64,000 nt of DNA from Candidatus Bathyarchaeota archaeon (GCA_963783645.1 CAWAOH010000016.1:141719-205718), one strand, 5' to 3'; shown: positions 1 to 10,213, numbered from the stretch's first letter. Made by a program: numbers and translations. Notes: generated from the letters alone by a model not told the origin.

Positions 1-2047
1 ATACACCGCACCTGTCCCCGACTTTAGATCAAACTTTGACGGAAGGCCAGCATTCTTGGCCCCGTCAGGTAGCAACTACGCGCTGTACAATAGTGCGGAG
101 CTGAACTCAGTCTTTGACCAGCTTTATTCAACAGCGGACCCCGCTGTTCAGAAGCAGCTCACTGACAAGGCTCAAGAGATCATATTCCGCGACAAGCCAT
201 ACAACTACATCTACGAACCCACTGACGCCATTCCAATCAACTCTAAGTGGACTATATGGGGAACACCCCCCGGACCTAATGCCGCGTATAGTGAAGTCAG
301 GTTCCCCGATGTCGAGCACTGGTCTGGCGGAAATCAACTCACCTTCTCTGAAGTGAGCAACGTCTTCCCAGACAATAACCTGAACCCACTAATCACTCCG
401 TCCTCAAACAGCTTCTACGCGACGTATATCTACAGCGCGATATGCTTTTCGAGTGCAGGTTTGCAGGATGTTGATGCACGAACATTGACGTACTACCCAG
501 CCTTAGCAACCAGTATCAGTCACACACCCGACCTCCTCAATTGGAATATCACCATCCAACACGGCGCCAAGTTTGCTGACGGTGTTGAGATCACTGCTGA
601 CGACTTCCTTTACGCGCAATACTTGGATACAAACGCTAAGTCCAACTCAGTTAATCTAGGTACAGCCATCCAGTACCTTGGTAACTACGTTACCTTCAAC
701 TTCCTAGATGGAACCAAATTAGTGGACGACAACAGCGCTAATGCTACTAAGACCGTTGGTACATGGACTGCAACTGGCAAGTACTCGTTCACGTTCGCAA
801 CGCCAGCGGCCTACGCTTTCACAGGACAAACCTACGCAGCTATCTCGCCTCTTCCAAAGCACATTTTGGAGCAGATCCCAGCGGACCAAATTGACAGCAG
901 CGACTACAGCACCGCAGCGAAGCCACACACCTACACTTGGGATACGAAGATGTATGGTGGTAGCGGAAGCTACACAGCTACTGGTCCAGTCTGTGCGGGT
1001 CCATATGTCCTCGACAACTATGACTTCACCGCTAACGTTGCAACATTGAAGAAGAACCCGTACTTCTGGAATGCTACCGGCCTACAGGCAATGGGACAAT
1101 ACTCGGTTGATACCTACAAGGTTGCGTGGATTGAAAGCAAGGACGCGGCTATCGCTGCGCTGAAGAACGGCGAAGTCGATATCTTGGACTACAATTACCA
1201 ACTGGCCAAGGACGTACCTACGCTGCAATCAATACCAAACGTCTTCCTCGTCAATCAGGCAGAGTTGGGCTGGCAAGAGCAGGGCTTCAACATGATGAAC
1301 CCGGTCTTCGGAACGGGTACCGCTACGCCCGCTGGCCAAGCTGACCCAACGAAAGCAGCAGACGCTGCACGCATGGTTCGAACTGCAATCAGCCACCTCA
1401 TTCCACGAGACAAGATCATCCACGATCTCCTCGCGGGAGTCGGCACGCCACTCGCATCATGGCTCGGTCCAGGTTGGGGTGTATGGTATGATTCGAGCCT
1501 GACACCTGACGCATACGATGTGAACGTAGCAGTTCAGGACCTGCAAGCAGCGGGATACAATGTACAATTCACTCCACCTGCGCCAATCGCGTTTAGTGGA
1601 ACCCCAATGCTAGGCCAGTCGATCACAGTATCAGGCACGTCACAAATCTCCAACGAGTACGTTGTCGTTGAACAGAGCACTGATGGCGGCACCACTTGGA
1701 AACCAGTCGCAGCCGCAATAGCAGACAACAGCAGCAAGTACTCTGTACAAGTAGCAGGCCCACCAGTGTTTGGCACTGTCTGGTACGCTGCGAACTTCAC
1801 AGGATACTCTGCACCGAACGAAACAATTGCAATGGCACCAATTACCCCAACCCTAGTCAACCAGTACATCAACAATGGAGACATAGGCGGCGGCAAACAA
1901 CTGATTGCGGAGAAGATCTCAGACCCGATCACCGTGTCATCTGCAACAAATGACGCATTAGTGGTACTCGTACCAATAATCATCATCGTTGTGGTTGGCG
2001 CGCTTGTGATGAGAACTCGCAAGAAGAAAACCACAGAACAAAAGTAA
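1..2047 (+). CDS. ABC peptide/nickel solute-binding protein (family 5), membrane-anchored, 5' partial
   Basis: Frame is open from the window start. SBP_5 motifs PALATS..HGAKFADGVEITADD, CAGPY, VRTAISHLIPRDKII, YDVNVAVQDLQAAG. C-terminal TM followed by basic tail RTRKKK. Confidence 0.9.
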   Translation, partial: YTAPVPDFRSNFDGRPAFLAPSGSNYALYNSAELNSVFDQLYSTADPAVQKQLTDKAQEIIFRDKPYNYIYEPTDAIPINSKWTIWGTPPGPNAAYSEVRFPDVEHWSGGNQLTFSEVSNVFPDNNLNPLITPSSNSFYATYIYSAICFSSAGLQDVDARTLTYYPALATSISHTPDLLNWNITIQHGAKFADGVEITADDFLYAQYLDTNAKSNSVNLGTAIQYLGNYVTFNFLDGTKLVDDNSANATKTVGTWTATGKYSFTFATPAAYAFTGQTYAAISPLPKHILEQIPADQIDSSDYSTAAKPHTYTWDTKMYGGSGSYTATGPVCAGPYVLDNYDFTANVATLKKNPYFWNATGLQAMGQYSVDTYKVAWIESKDAAIAALKNGEVDILDYNYQLAKDVPTLQSIPNVFLVNQAELGWQEQGFNMMNPVFGTGTATPAGQADPTKAADAARMVRTAISHLIPRDKIIHDLLAGVGTPLASWLGPGWGVWYDSSLTPDAYDVNVAVQDLQAAGYNVQFTPPAPIAFSGTPMLGQSITVSGTSQISNEYVVVEQSTDGGTTWKPVAAAIADNSSKYSVQVAGPPVFGTVWYAANFTGYSAPNETIAMAPITPTLVNQYINNGDIGGGKQLIAEKISDPITVSSATNDALVVLVPIIIIVVVGALVMRTRKKKTTEQK

Positions 2048-2051
2048 GATG

Positions 2052-2100
2052 GCCTGACGGGTCCTTTGACCCCAGGCACCCCCGTTTCTTTTTCTTCTTT
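2052..2100 (+). terminator. Hairpin plus T-rich tract after the SBP gene
   Basis: GCCTG-AC-GGGTC-CTTT-GACCC-CAGGC stem followed by TTTCTTTTTCTTCTTT, between convergent genes. Confidence 0.55.
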
Positions 2101-2124
2101 CCTCTCAGACATAATGACGTTTAA

Positions 2125-2472
2125 TTATACTCTAAGAGTTGCCAACAAGATTAGGACTCCTAAGAGGATTGCGCCTGATCCCACCAGTGTGACAGCACGT
2201 TTTTCCGCGTTTTTTCGCTTATCTGGCGAGTACGTCTCTTTAGAGGAGAAGATGGACTTTCTGAATTGGACGAAACCTACGGACGATCCATAGTCTACTA
2301 TGCCTGCTAATAGAAACAGCAGGGCCGTTTCAACCAGCAGCATGTCTCCAAAGAGCTCAACCGGGGTGATAATGGTACTAAGAAGGACTCCAACCAATCC
2401 GTCTATGAGTAATAATGTCGTCGCGATTTTTAGAGATCGCTGCAATATTTGAGTATACGTCAGCACGAACAA
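2125..2472 (-). CDS. Small membrane protein (about 3 TM)
   Basis: 115-aa ORF with three hydrophobic stretches. Confidence 0.7.
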   Translation of the reverse strand: MFVLTYTQILQRSLKIATTLLLIDGLVGVLLSTIITPVELFGDMLLVETALLFLLAGIVDYGSSVGFVQFRKSIFSSKETYSPDKRKNAEKRAVTLVGSGAILLGVLILLATLRV

Positions 2473-2518
2473 GTATAAGTGCGCTTACAAAATTAACATA
2501 GCGTCTAGGTTCAGCATT

Positions 2519-3478
2519 ATGTCGCGCACGAGAGACAAACATCAGACTCGGGATCAATCGCATTCGCTGCGAACATACTCGTTCCTTCTTACGATTGTGT
2601 TGTTGGCCATGATTATTGGTGGGTCTTACTACAATTCCTTGCCGAAGGTAGGGCACATTCCAGACACGTTTCATTTCCAGTCGACAAGTTGGATGACTTT
2701 TGTACCTCAGACCGCCCAGTATGTTGCATACGTTGACTATCAGCAAGCATACTCAGCTTCAGGTAATACATTCCTCTTCGGGACTTCGCCAGTTTTTCAG
2801 TTCTTTCAAATTCCGATCAACATACCGCCTCAAAGTGTCTTGTACGACCTCGACATCCAAGTGCCTGTGGCAGGCGTTAGTTCTAGTGTGGTTACTGTCA
2901 GCGTCATCGAGCTCCGGAACGACACGATGCGCATTTTCACTAGCGAATTAGCAAAGGCGGAAATACCTAGCTCGGCATATGACGGCTTTCCTGTTTACAG
3001 TCTCTTGATCGTTAATCCGGTGGCTTCTCAGCAACAAAATTTGCTCACTGGATATGTTGCAGCTGTGGAGGATGTTCTTATCGTCAGTATTGATCCGAAA
3101 TATGGTAAGTCTGGAGTTGAAACGATTCTTGACGAGTATACGAGCAATGCCCCTAATCTGTTTGCCAATACTGATGTCAGAAGGGGCGTATATGCTAGTG
3201 GTGCAGCAGACGTAGCCTACATTGGCTTATTCGTGGGAACGTTTTCAAGCCAATTCAATAATACTCGCATGATTGTCAAATCAATTGTCTCAAACGGAGG
3301 CGGCATAAGCGTGACGAGATCAATACTGTTTCCGACATCGGATTTTGCTATGAGTGAATTCGGTCACGCGCATAATGTCTACCGTGACGCCAACAGCTAC
3401 ATAGTCCTTGACCAGTGGCTCGTCATATCGTACAGTTACACATTCGACAAACTACGAGGAGAACTCACCGGAATCTGA
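2519..3478 (+). CDS. N-terminally anchored hypothetical protein
   Basis: 319-aa ORF with a single N-terminal TM. Confidence 0.75.
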   Translation: MSRTRDKHQTRDQSHSLRTYSFLLTIVLLAMIIGGSYYNSLPKVGHIPDTFHFQSTSWMTFVPQTAQYVAYVDYQQAYSASGNTFLFGTSPVFQFFQIPINIPPQSVLYDLDIQVPVAGVSSSVVTVSVIELRNDTMRIFTSELAKAEIPSSAYDGFPVYSLLIVNPVASQQQNLLTGYVAAVEDVLIVSIDPKYGKSGVETILDEYTSNAPNLFANTDVRRGVYASGAADVAYIGLFVGTFSSQFNNTRMIVKSIVSNGGGISVTRSILFPTSDFAMSEFGHAHNVYRDANSYIVLDQWLVISYSYTFDKLRGELTGI

Positions 3479-3545
3479 GGCATAACGCCGCCGATAGGTT
3501 ATTACCCGCCTTTTTCGAATACTCTCCATCTGCGGTAAACGTGAT

Positions 3546-5348
3546 ATGTTGCGGAGGACCGTCCTTATCGTTCTGCTTTGTGCGATTTCATTAGTAATGG
3601 TCCCCCAATCCAATGCTGCTCCGACACGCTCTCCGTCCCTTGGAGATTTTTCACTGCAGGCGGTTACGACGAGGTTGTTCGTAGATGGCAGTGGCGTGGT
3701 CCATATGCTCTGGGCAGTTCATTCCGCTCTACTCACCGGAATTCAGGCTGGGATATGGTACGCGAGATATGCGCCCAATGGAACGACCGAAATCCCCCCC
3801 ATCCTACTGCGAAACAGTACGAACATCCAATCAGTAGATATCGCCGAGGATAATGTAGGTAACCTTCACCTAGTGTGGGCGGAAGGCCCAGCCTTCACCA
3901 ACTCAACTGTAAATCTGTTCTCCACGGACTCTGACGCTCAACTCTACTACGCTGAGATGAATTCTACGAATAACCAGTTAACAAACCCGACGCCTCTTAC
4001 AGGTTACGGAAGAATCGCGATGTGGCCGTCGATAGCCGTGGATAATGAATCGATCCCCCATGTCATATGGATGGAAGTAAGCATCAAAACGGAAAATCGC
4101 ACATTATCAGAGTACTATGGCGTAATCGAAAACAATCATCTTGTCCACCCTACGCTTGTAACCCAATATGATAACCAATCATTCCTCGATGTTCCGCGGC
4201 CACAGATGATTTACGATGAAGCTTACTCAAGCCTCCATATTGCGTGGAGCTACAGTCAAATAACAAATTCTCAGGTAAATTCACAAGTAAGTTACGCAAG
4301 GGTCAATCTTGATGACAACGCATCGACCGCAGTACATCGAATTGCAGTAGCAGATCTAAAGCAACCTGTTCAGGACGCCTCAGTTGCTCAAGGCGGCAAT
4401 GGTAGTGCTTATGTCGTATGGCAAGCTCCCGCTTCAGACTCATCTCGTCTTGTGTATGTTTCCAGGATCTCCAAAGAAGGAAACGTGGTCTTCCTACGTG
4501 GTTTCACAGAGCCTTCAACGGTCGCACCGTACTTGGTCTCGTCGTCGGACTCGCAAGAGAATCTCTACTTGGTATGGTATCAGCCTCCCCCTCTACCCAG
4601 GAGCGTGGTGCCAGTAAGGTCAGTGACGAGTGTAAGTTACGTGAGGATTGACGATGCTGGTTCAGTCACAGATTCGGGAAACAAACAAGTTTCTGGAACT
4701 GTACTCGCGATTGGTGTTTCCATGACGGGAGATGTCTACGCCGTCTCGTCACTGGGAGTTATCAAAGTAAAACCGCCAATCCTAACGCCACTGGTTCAGT
4801 TAATGCTAGGAATCGCTGCATTTTCTGCAGCGGGAATTGCAGTGACTGAAGAAGGAAAGTACAGACTCATTCGCTCGCTCACTTCAATCTCGCACAACTT
4901 CTATCGTCCCGGCCTCCGGACTCTGAATGATGACGCGATTCTGCAGTTGCTCACGGAAAAACCTGGAAGTAATCTCAGAGAAATCAAACGTACCACAAGA
5001 ATCAATGCACGTGTCTCACTGAGTAGGCTCACACAGCTGGAACGTGCCGGCTATATTTCCTCAATCCGAGTTGGACTAAGTCGCAGATTCTTCGAGTCAA
5101 ATCCCACTGATCAAATGGTCGCCCCGAAGAAAATTGCGTGCTTGATCCTGAATGAAATAAAGCGTACGCCTGGAACGTGGGAGGGAAAACTTGCCCAGGA
5201 TCTAGGTCTCAGTCAACAGATTGTGCATTATCACGTTAGACGAATGCGGTCCGAGGGGCTCCTAGATGTAGAGTTAGAGGGGAGACGAAAATTGTATCGA
5301 CTCGCAAATTCTGCGCGCTCGCGCAATCAAGAAAGTAGTCTCGACTGA
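3546..5348 (+). CDS. Signal peptide + repeat extracellular domain + TM + tandem winged-helix DNA-binding domains
   Basis: Signal peptide; repeated H/Y-x-x-W strands; TM near aa 415-433; ILQLLTEKPG..LERAGYISS and ILNEIKRTPG..LAQDLGLSQQIVHYHVRRM HTH motifs. Confidence 0.8.
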   Translation: MLRRTVLIVLLCAISLVMVPQSNAAPTRSPSLGDFSLQAVTTRLFVDGSGVVHMLWAVHSALLTGIQAGIWYARYAPNGTTEIPPILLRNSTNIQSVDIAEDNVGNLHLVWAEGPAFTNSTVNLFSTDSDAQLYYAEMNSTNNQLTNPTPLTGYGRIAMWPSIAVDNESIPHVIWMEVSIKTENRTLSEYYGVIENNHLVHPTLVTQYDNQSFLDVPRPQMIYDEAYSSLHIAWSYSQITNSQVNSQVSYARVNLDDNASTAVHRIAVADLKQPVQDASVAQGGNGSAYVVWQAPASDSSRLVYVSRISKEGNVVFLRGFTEPSTVAPYLVSSSDSQENLYLVWYQPPPLPRSVVPVRSVTSVSYVRIDDAGSVTDSGNKQVSGTVLAIGVSMTGDVYAVSSLGVIKVKPPILTPLVQLMLGIAAFSAAGIAVTEEGKYRLIRSLTSISHNFYRPGLRTLNDDAILQLLTEKPGSNLREIKRTTRINARVSLSRLTQLERAGYISSIRVGLSRRFFESNPTDQMVAPKKIACLILNEIKRTPGTWEGKLAQDLGLSQQIVHYHVRRMRSEGLLDVELEGRRKLYRLANSARSRNQESSLD

Positions 5349-5350
5349 CG

Positions 5351-5515
5351 TTAGCTACCGCGTTCCTTGGGCCTTCGCTTTCTTAGTATCACGACGATTC
5401 CGTAAACAAGGAGAAATGCAACAGCCAACCAGGCTGCAAGTTGTAAACTTAGAAGAGCCAAGGAAACAAGAAGCAGCGCGATGACAACGCTGATCGCTGT
5501 CTGCTTATCTTTCAA
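5351..5515 (-). CDS. 54-aa membrane microprotein (below the ORF-track cutoff)
   Basis: Manual translation from TTG: MKDKQTAISVVIALLLVSLALLSLQLAAWLAVAFLLVYGIVVILRKRRPKERGS. Starts 3 nt after the larA-like stop. Confidence 0.6.
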   Translation of the reverse strand: MKDKQTAISVVIALLLVSLALLSLQLAAWLAVAFLLVYGIVVILRKRRPKERGS

Positions 5516-5518
5516 GAG

Positions 5519-6736
5519 CTAACTCAACTCTGTCTTGCTGATTCCTGTCGAAGTAGGGATACTAGGGATCACGTGACCGGCATTTGGGATGACTGATATT
5601 GAAGCGTCTGCGCCCAACGCACGCTGAGCAGACTGCAGCGCACCATTCATGGTCTTCGCAGGCTTAAGCCCGAATGTGTGTTCGAGGTGATGGTCCGGAA
5701 TCGTGGACACCAAATATACTCTGTGACTATTCAATACTCTGAGAAGATATGCAGCCTTCCAACCATTATAGTTGAAGCGATGGCGCAGTCGAGCTTCAAG
5801 ATGACGTGCCTCCTTATGTTCCTTCACCCAAGCATAGAAGTCCGTGTTCCCATGACCAAGAGAACACTCAGCAGCAACAATCAAAGCACCATTCCTTTTG
5901 AGAACAGACAAGCCGGCTGGAAAAGATTCAACTGCGGTAAGTAAAGATTCGTCAAGCGGCATTCCGCCAACACTCATGACAACGATATCAGCCGACTTGC
6001 TTGCTTGAATTGTTGCCACACGGCGAAGCGTTTCGCTTAACTTCCCAACTGTCTCATCAAATTTGCCAAGCCCGACCTCGATTGGAGAGAGCTCCGAATT
6101 CAGAACGAAACCCAAACCGTAGACGTTGTGTAGGTTAGAGGTTACTTCTAGCCGTTCCTTGTACAAGTCATGTGGGTCCAGAGGCTTACTCCGGACTAGT
6201 TGATCATGGGCCGACTTCTCAGACGCTAGGCCGGGAAAAATCGTGTCGCACAAGCCTGAGAATCCGATGAAGTGATTTGGCCTCAACTCTCCCACGGCAA
6301 TCGTCAACACGTTCTCGGTTACGAGACTGTTTAGTGATGGAATAAAATCACTAGAATAACCTTCACAGGGGATCGTGACAGAGTTCTCCGGCGAATGATG
6401 GACAACCTGAACTTCCGGTGCTAATCCAACGATCGCATCGGATTTGGGTGTGCGAAGAATAGTCAGGGAACTTGCCGGAATACCTTCACGCGCAAACCTA
6501 TTCGCTAGAGATTTCGTGGCATTCGTGATCAACTCCTTGTTTCTACTCTCGCCCACAACGATGCAGACTCGACTGGAATTCTTCGCAATCGTGACCAGTT
6601 CGTCAGAGACAATCTTGTCCAAATCAACAACTGATGGTTGCTCAGACGGGCGTGGTTGCAATATGTCAATCAGGTTCTCGTCCGGAATCCGGACTGGGAC
6701 CTCCGATACGCCATATGGGAGCCAGATTTCTACCAT
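5519..6736 (-). CDS. LarA/lactate racemase-family (DUF2088) protein, divergent active site
   Basis: LPYG N-terminus, GFSG...FPG, DIVVMSVGGMPLD, LIVAAECSLGHG, VIPNAG. Confidence 0.8.
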   Translation of the reverse strand: MVEIWLPYGVSEVPVRIPDENLIDILQPRPSEQPSVVDLDKIVSDELVTIAKNSSRVCIVVGESRNKELITNATKSLANRFAREGIPASSLTILRTPKSDAIVGLAPEVQVVHHSPENSVTIPCEGYSSDFIPSLNSLVTENVLTIAVGELRPNHFIGFSGLCDTIFPGLASEKSAHDQLVRSKPLDPHDLYKERLEVTSNLHNVYGLGFVLNSELSPIEVGLGKFDETVGKLSETLRRVATIQASKSADIVVMSVGGMPLDESLLTAVESFPAGLSVLKRNGALIVAAECSLGHGNTDFYAWVKEHKEARHLEARLRHRFNYNGWKAAYLLRVLNSHRVYLVSTIPDHHLEHTFGLKPAKTMNGALQSAQRALGADASISVIPNAGHVIPSIPTSTGISKTELS

Positions 6737-6829
6737 GAGATGCACCACAGCGTGATAGGACTTGAATTGCGGCTCACCAATCACTGGAAAGAATTAAACT
6801 AGTCGAGTCACAGCTTGTAACTGATCGGA

Positions 6830-7471
6830 ATGGAACAGGAACAGAGTCAAGGAGTTGAAGAGCTCAGCAGATTGCTTCTAAAGACTGGTTGCCTTAGGTT
6901 CGGAACCTTCAAACTATCCAGCGGCGCGCTTAGCCCCTACTACGTTGATCTGCGGTTAATCCCCAGCGATCCGGAAGCATTCAGGAAAGTCATTGGCTAC
7001 TATTCCAGCGTGATTCAAGGGGAAATTGCGGAACGTTCGCACAGCTTCGCAGGAATCCCAACGGCGGGAATAGCGTACGGCGCCGTGCTAGCCTTCAATC
7101 ATAGGAAACCCTTCCTATACGTGAGAAAGGAGGCCAAAGAACATGGCACGGGAAGGAGGATTGAGGGTCGTCTCTTTCCGGGAGTAAAGGTGCTGATCCT
7201 GGACGATGTCGTGACTTCTGGAAGTAACCTGGTCAACGCTATAGATGCTATACGAACTGATGGGGGAATTGTCGAAGATGCAGTCGTACTATTAGATAGG
7301 CAGCAGGGAGGGGCAACCAGCCTAGAGAAAACTGGGGTCAAACTTCATTCATTTGCGACGATTTCACGAATTTGTGAGATACTCCGCGACAACGGAACTA
7401 TTGACGAATCACACTACAACCAAATCCTAGACCAAATAGGCAGTGGATCGGGACAGTCAAGCGACAGTTAA
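6830..7471 (+). CDS. pyrE: Orotate phosphoribosyltransferase
   Basis: FGTFKLSSGALSPYYVDLR, RKEAKEHG, PRPP motif VLILDDVVTSGS. Confidence 0.95.
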   Translation: MEQEQSQGVEELSRLLLKTGCLRFGTFKLSSGALSPYYVDLRLIPSDPEAFRKVIGYYSSVIQGEIAERSHSFAGIPTAGIAYGAVLAFNHRKPFLYVRKEAKEHGTGRRIEGRLFPGVKVLILDDVVTSGSNLVNAIDAIRTDGGIVEDAVVLLDRQQGGATSLEKTGVKLHSFATISRICEILRDNGTIDESHYNQILDQIGSGSGQSSDS

Positions 7472-8416
7472 CGATTTTCTGAGAAGTTTACGTGCAGCTT
7501 CGTATGGATCTAGTCTGTGCTTCTTGACTTGGGAAAGCAGCCCTACGAACCATCGTGTGGAAGTCGCCTTCTGCAAAGCAATGTCTTCGAAGTATCTTTT
7601 CGCAGCATAGATTACTTCACGTTTCATGCGGTCTGAGTCATCTGCTTCGTCTGTTTTGCGCACTAGATATTCGGAATGCTGTCGGATTGCTTCGACAAGA
7701 GGAGTTATGCCTTCACCTGAAAGAGCGTTCGTCTTCAAAACCTGCGGACGCCAACCTGAGGAATCGGACATCATGATCATGCTATGGATATCTTTCATCG
7801 CTCGTTCTGTACTCTCTTTATCCGCTTTATTCACAACGAATATGTCGCCGACTTCCATTATCCCAGCCTTTAGCGCTTGAATTTCATCGCCAAGGCCAGG
7901 AGCAGTAACGACAATGATCGTATCCGCCAAATTCCTGATGTCAACATCTGACTGGCCAGCGCCTGCTGTCTCAACAATAACGTGAGTCATCTCCAGTGCA
8001 TCGAGTATGCGTACCACATCCTCAGTTGCGCACGCTACTCCACCAAAGTATCCTCGCGTAGCCATACTTCTGATAAAGACCTTGGGATCTGAGGATAACT
8101 CGCTCATTCTGATTCTGTCACCGAGTAGGGCGCCCCCTGTAATCTGACTTGAGGGATCAACCGCGACTATTCCCACGCTGTCGCCTTTTGCGCGATAAGT
8201 CTTCGCTAATTGTGCGATGAGGGAGCTCTTTCCACAACCCGGGGGTCCTGTGATGCCGATGATGTGGGCATTTCCGGATTTCCAGTAGAGCGCCGACAAG
8301 ATCCTGAATCGTGCTTCAGGATAGTTTTCAGCTAGAGACATCAGCTGGGATGCGGCTCTTCTTTCCCCTTTAATGGCCCTGCTTAGGAGTCTGCTGATGG
8401 CCGTATCAGTGGTCAG
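7457..8416 (-). CDS. meaB: Methylmalonyl-CoA mutase-associated GTPase
   Basis: GITGPPGCGKSS, AVDPSS..GGALLGDRIRM, ETAGAGQ, VNKAD. N-terminus extended to a CTG at 8416. Confidence 0.92.
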   Translation of the reverse strand: MTTDTAISRLLSRAIKGERRAASQLMSLAENYPEARFRILSALYWKSGNAHIIGITGPPGCGKSSLIAQLAKTYRAKGDSVGIVAVDPSSQITGGALLGDRIRMSELSSDPKVFIRSMATRGYFGGVACATEDVVRILDALEMTHVIVETAGAGQSDVDIRNLADTIIVVTAPGLGDEIQALKAGIMEVGDIFVVNKADKESTERAMKDIHSMIMMSDSSGWRPQVLKTNALSGEGITPLVEAIRQHSEYLVRKTDEADDSDRMKREVIYAAKRYFEDIALQKATSTRWFVGLLSQVKKHRLDPYEAARKLLRKSLTVA

Positions 8417-8439
8417 CTTAGGATCACTCTAGTCTGAGT

Positions 8440-10047
8440 TTAGATGGATGTGCTCGGATGGAATTCGCCGAAGGTTTCACGAAAGAGATCACTGATCTCA
8501 CCTGTTGTAGCCTTTGATCGGACTGCGTCAATCATAAGCGGCATTATGTTTTCCTTACTCTCCAGCACTCTTCGCATTCTCTCTAAGCTTCTCTCGACTT
8601 GGCTTCGATCTCTACGACGCTTGAATTCTTTAACACGAACGATCTGTTTACGCATCTCTGAAGTCTTAATCTTGTGGATTCTTTCCTCGGCGGAATAGCG
8701 ATCTACGAACATGTTCACTCCGATCACCTTCTTCATGCCCGATTCAACATCTGTTTGCTGCTTGTACGCGCTTTCGCGAATCTGACCTTGGATGTATCCG
8801 TTCTGAATTGCCTTCACTGTGCCTCCCATTCTCCTGATCTTATCCAGCTCTTTGAGAACTTCGGTCTCAATTTGATCCGTGAGATATTCAATGTAATGAC
8901 TTCCTCCCAGTGGATCGGCTGTCTTCACTACGCCCGTCTCGTATGCGATTAGTTGCTGTGTTCGCAGTGCTATCTTCACCGCTTCCTCTGTCGGAAGTGA
9001 CAATGCTTCGTCGAGCGAGTTGGTGTGAAGCGATTGCGTGCCTCCGAGAACTGCAGCCAACGCCTGGATGGTGACTCTTACGATGTTGTTCATGGGCTGT
9101 TGGGCAGTCAGTGTCTCACCGCTGGTTTGAGTATGAAAGCGCAGTTTCATTGATTCAGGGTTTGTTGCGTAAAATTCATCTCGCATCATGTAAGCCCAGA
9201 TTCGTCTGGCTGCTCGGAACTTGGCTATTTCCTCAAGGAAATCATTCTGGCATGCGAAGAAGAAGGACAGACGTGGAGCGAAATCGTCCACTCGTAAGCC
9301 ACGTTGAAGACACGCTCTTACGTATTCCTTGGCGTCGGCAAACGCATACGCTACTTCTTGGACAGCATCGGCGCCGGATTCCCGAATGTGGTATCCACTT
9401 ATGCTGATTGGATGCCACACACGTGCACGTTTGGCGCAGAATTCGATTATGTCCACAGCTATCTTCAGGCTGGATTGAGGAGGAAGGATGTACGTGTTCC
9501 GCGCAATGTACTCCTTTAGGATGTCATTCTGTGTCGTTCCCCTCAGCTCATTCCATGAGTACCCCTGAGATTGGCCAACCGAGAGGTACATTGCAAGCAT
9601 GATTGACGCAGTAGCGTTGATCGTCATTGATGTGCTCACCTCCTTGAGTTTGATGGCGTTGAATAGACGATGCATGTCCTGAATGGACGAGACAGGGACT
9701 CCAACCCTGCCGACCTCTCCCTCAGCCTTGGGCGAATCTGAATCGTAACCAAGTTGGGTGGGTAGATCGAAAGCAACGCTCAACCCGGTTTCGCCCTGGG
9801 TGAGCAGAAATTTGAATCGTCGATTAGTCTCCGCGGCACTTCCGAATCCGGTGTATTGCCGCATAGTCCACAAACGGTCACGATACATCGAAGGGTAGAT
9901 TCCACGCGTAAACGGGAACTTGCCAGGCTCATTGGTTCGTCTGTTTGATGATTTCACGTCCGAAGGACCGTAAAGGCGTTTGACTTCAGCTCCCGAACTC
10001 GTCGTGAACTGATTCAAGGATTTTGACAATATGACTCGCCACTCCAT
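8440..10047 (-). CDS. Methylmalonyl-CoA mutase, large (substrate-binding) subunit
   Basis: PGKFPFTRGIYPSMY, WTMRQYTGFG, QNDILKEYIARNTY, ISGYHIRE, GGTQSLHTN. Confidence 0.93.
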   Translation of the reverse strand: MEWRVILSKSLNQFTTSSGAEVKRLYGPSDVKSSNRRTNEPGKFPFTRGIYPSMYRDRLWTMRQYTGFGSAAETNRRFKFLLTQGETGLSVAFDLPTQLGYDSDSPKAEGEVGRVGVPVSSIQDMHRLFNAIKLKEVSTSMTINATASIMLAMYLSVGQSQGYSWNELRGTTQNDILKEYIARNTYILPPQSSLKIAVDIIEFCAKRARVWHPISISGYHIRESGADAVQEVAYAFADAKEYVRACLQRGLRVDDFAPRLSFFFACQNDFLEEIAKFRAARRIWAYMMRDEFYATNPESMKLRFHTQTSGETLTAQQPMNNIVRVTIQALAAVLGGTQSLHTNSLDEALSLPTEEAVKIALRTQQLIAYETGVVKTADPLGGSHYIEYLTDQIETEVLKELDKIRRMGGTVKAIQNGYIQGQIRESAYKQQTDVESGMKKVIGVNMFVDRYSAEERIHKIKTSEMRKQIVRVKEFKRRRDRSQVERSLERMRRVLESKENIMPLMIDAVRSKATTGEISDLFRETFGEFHPSTSI

Positions 10048-10213
10048 AATGATCAGGACGCAAAAAAGCTTCAGCCCTAAGAAGAAAAGAACATTAACGC
10101 CCCTACCTCAAGCTCATGGAACGAGACGATGAAACGCTATGGCCAGTAGGAGAAACCCGTACTGGAGCAGAAAATGCAGAGCTCTGACTGTCATCAGAAA
10201 GAAACGCGGTCAA

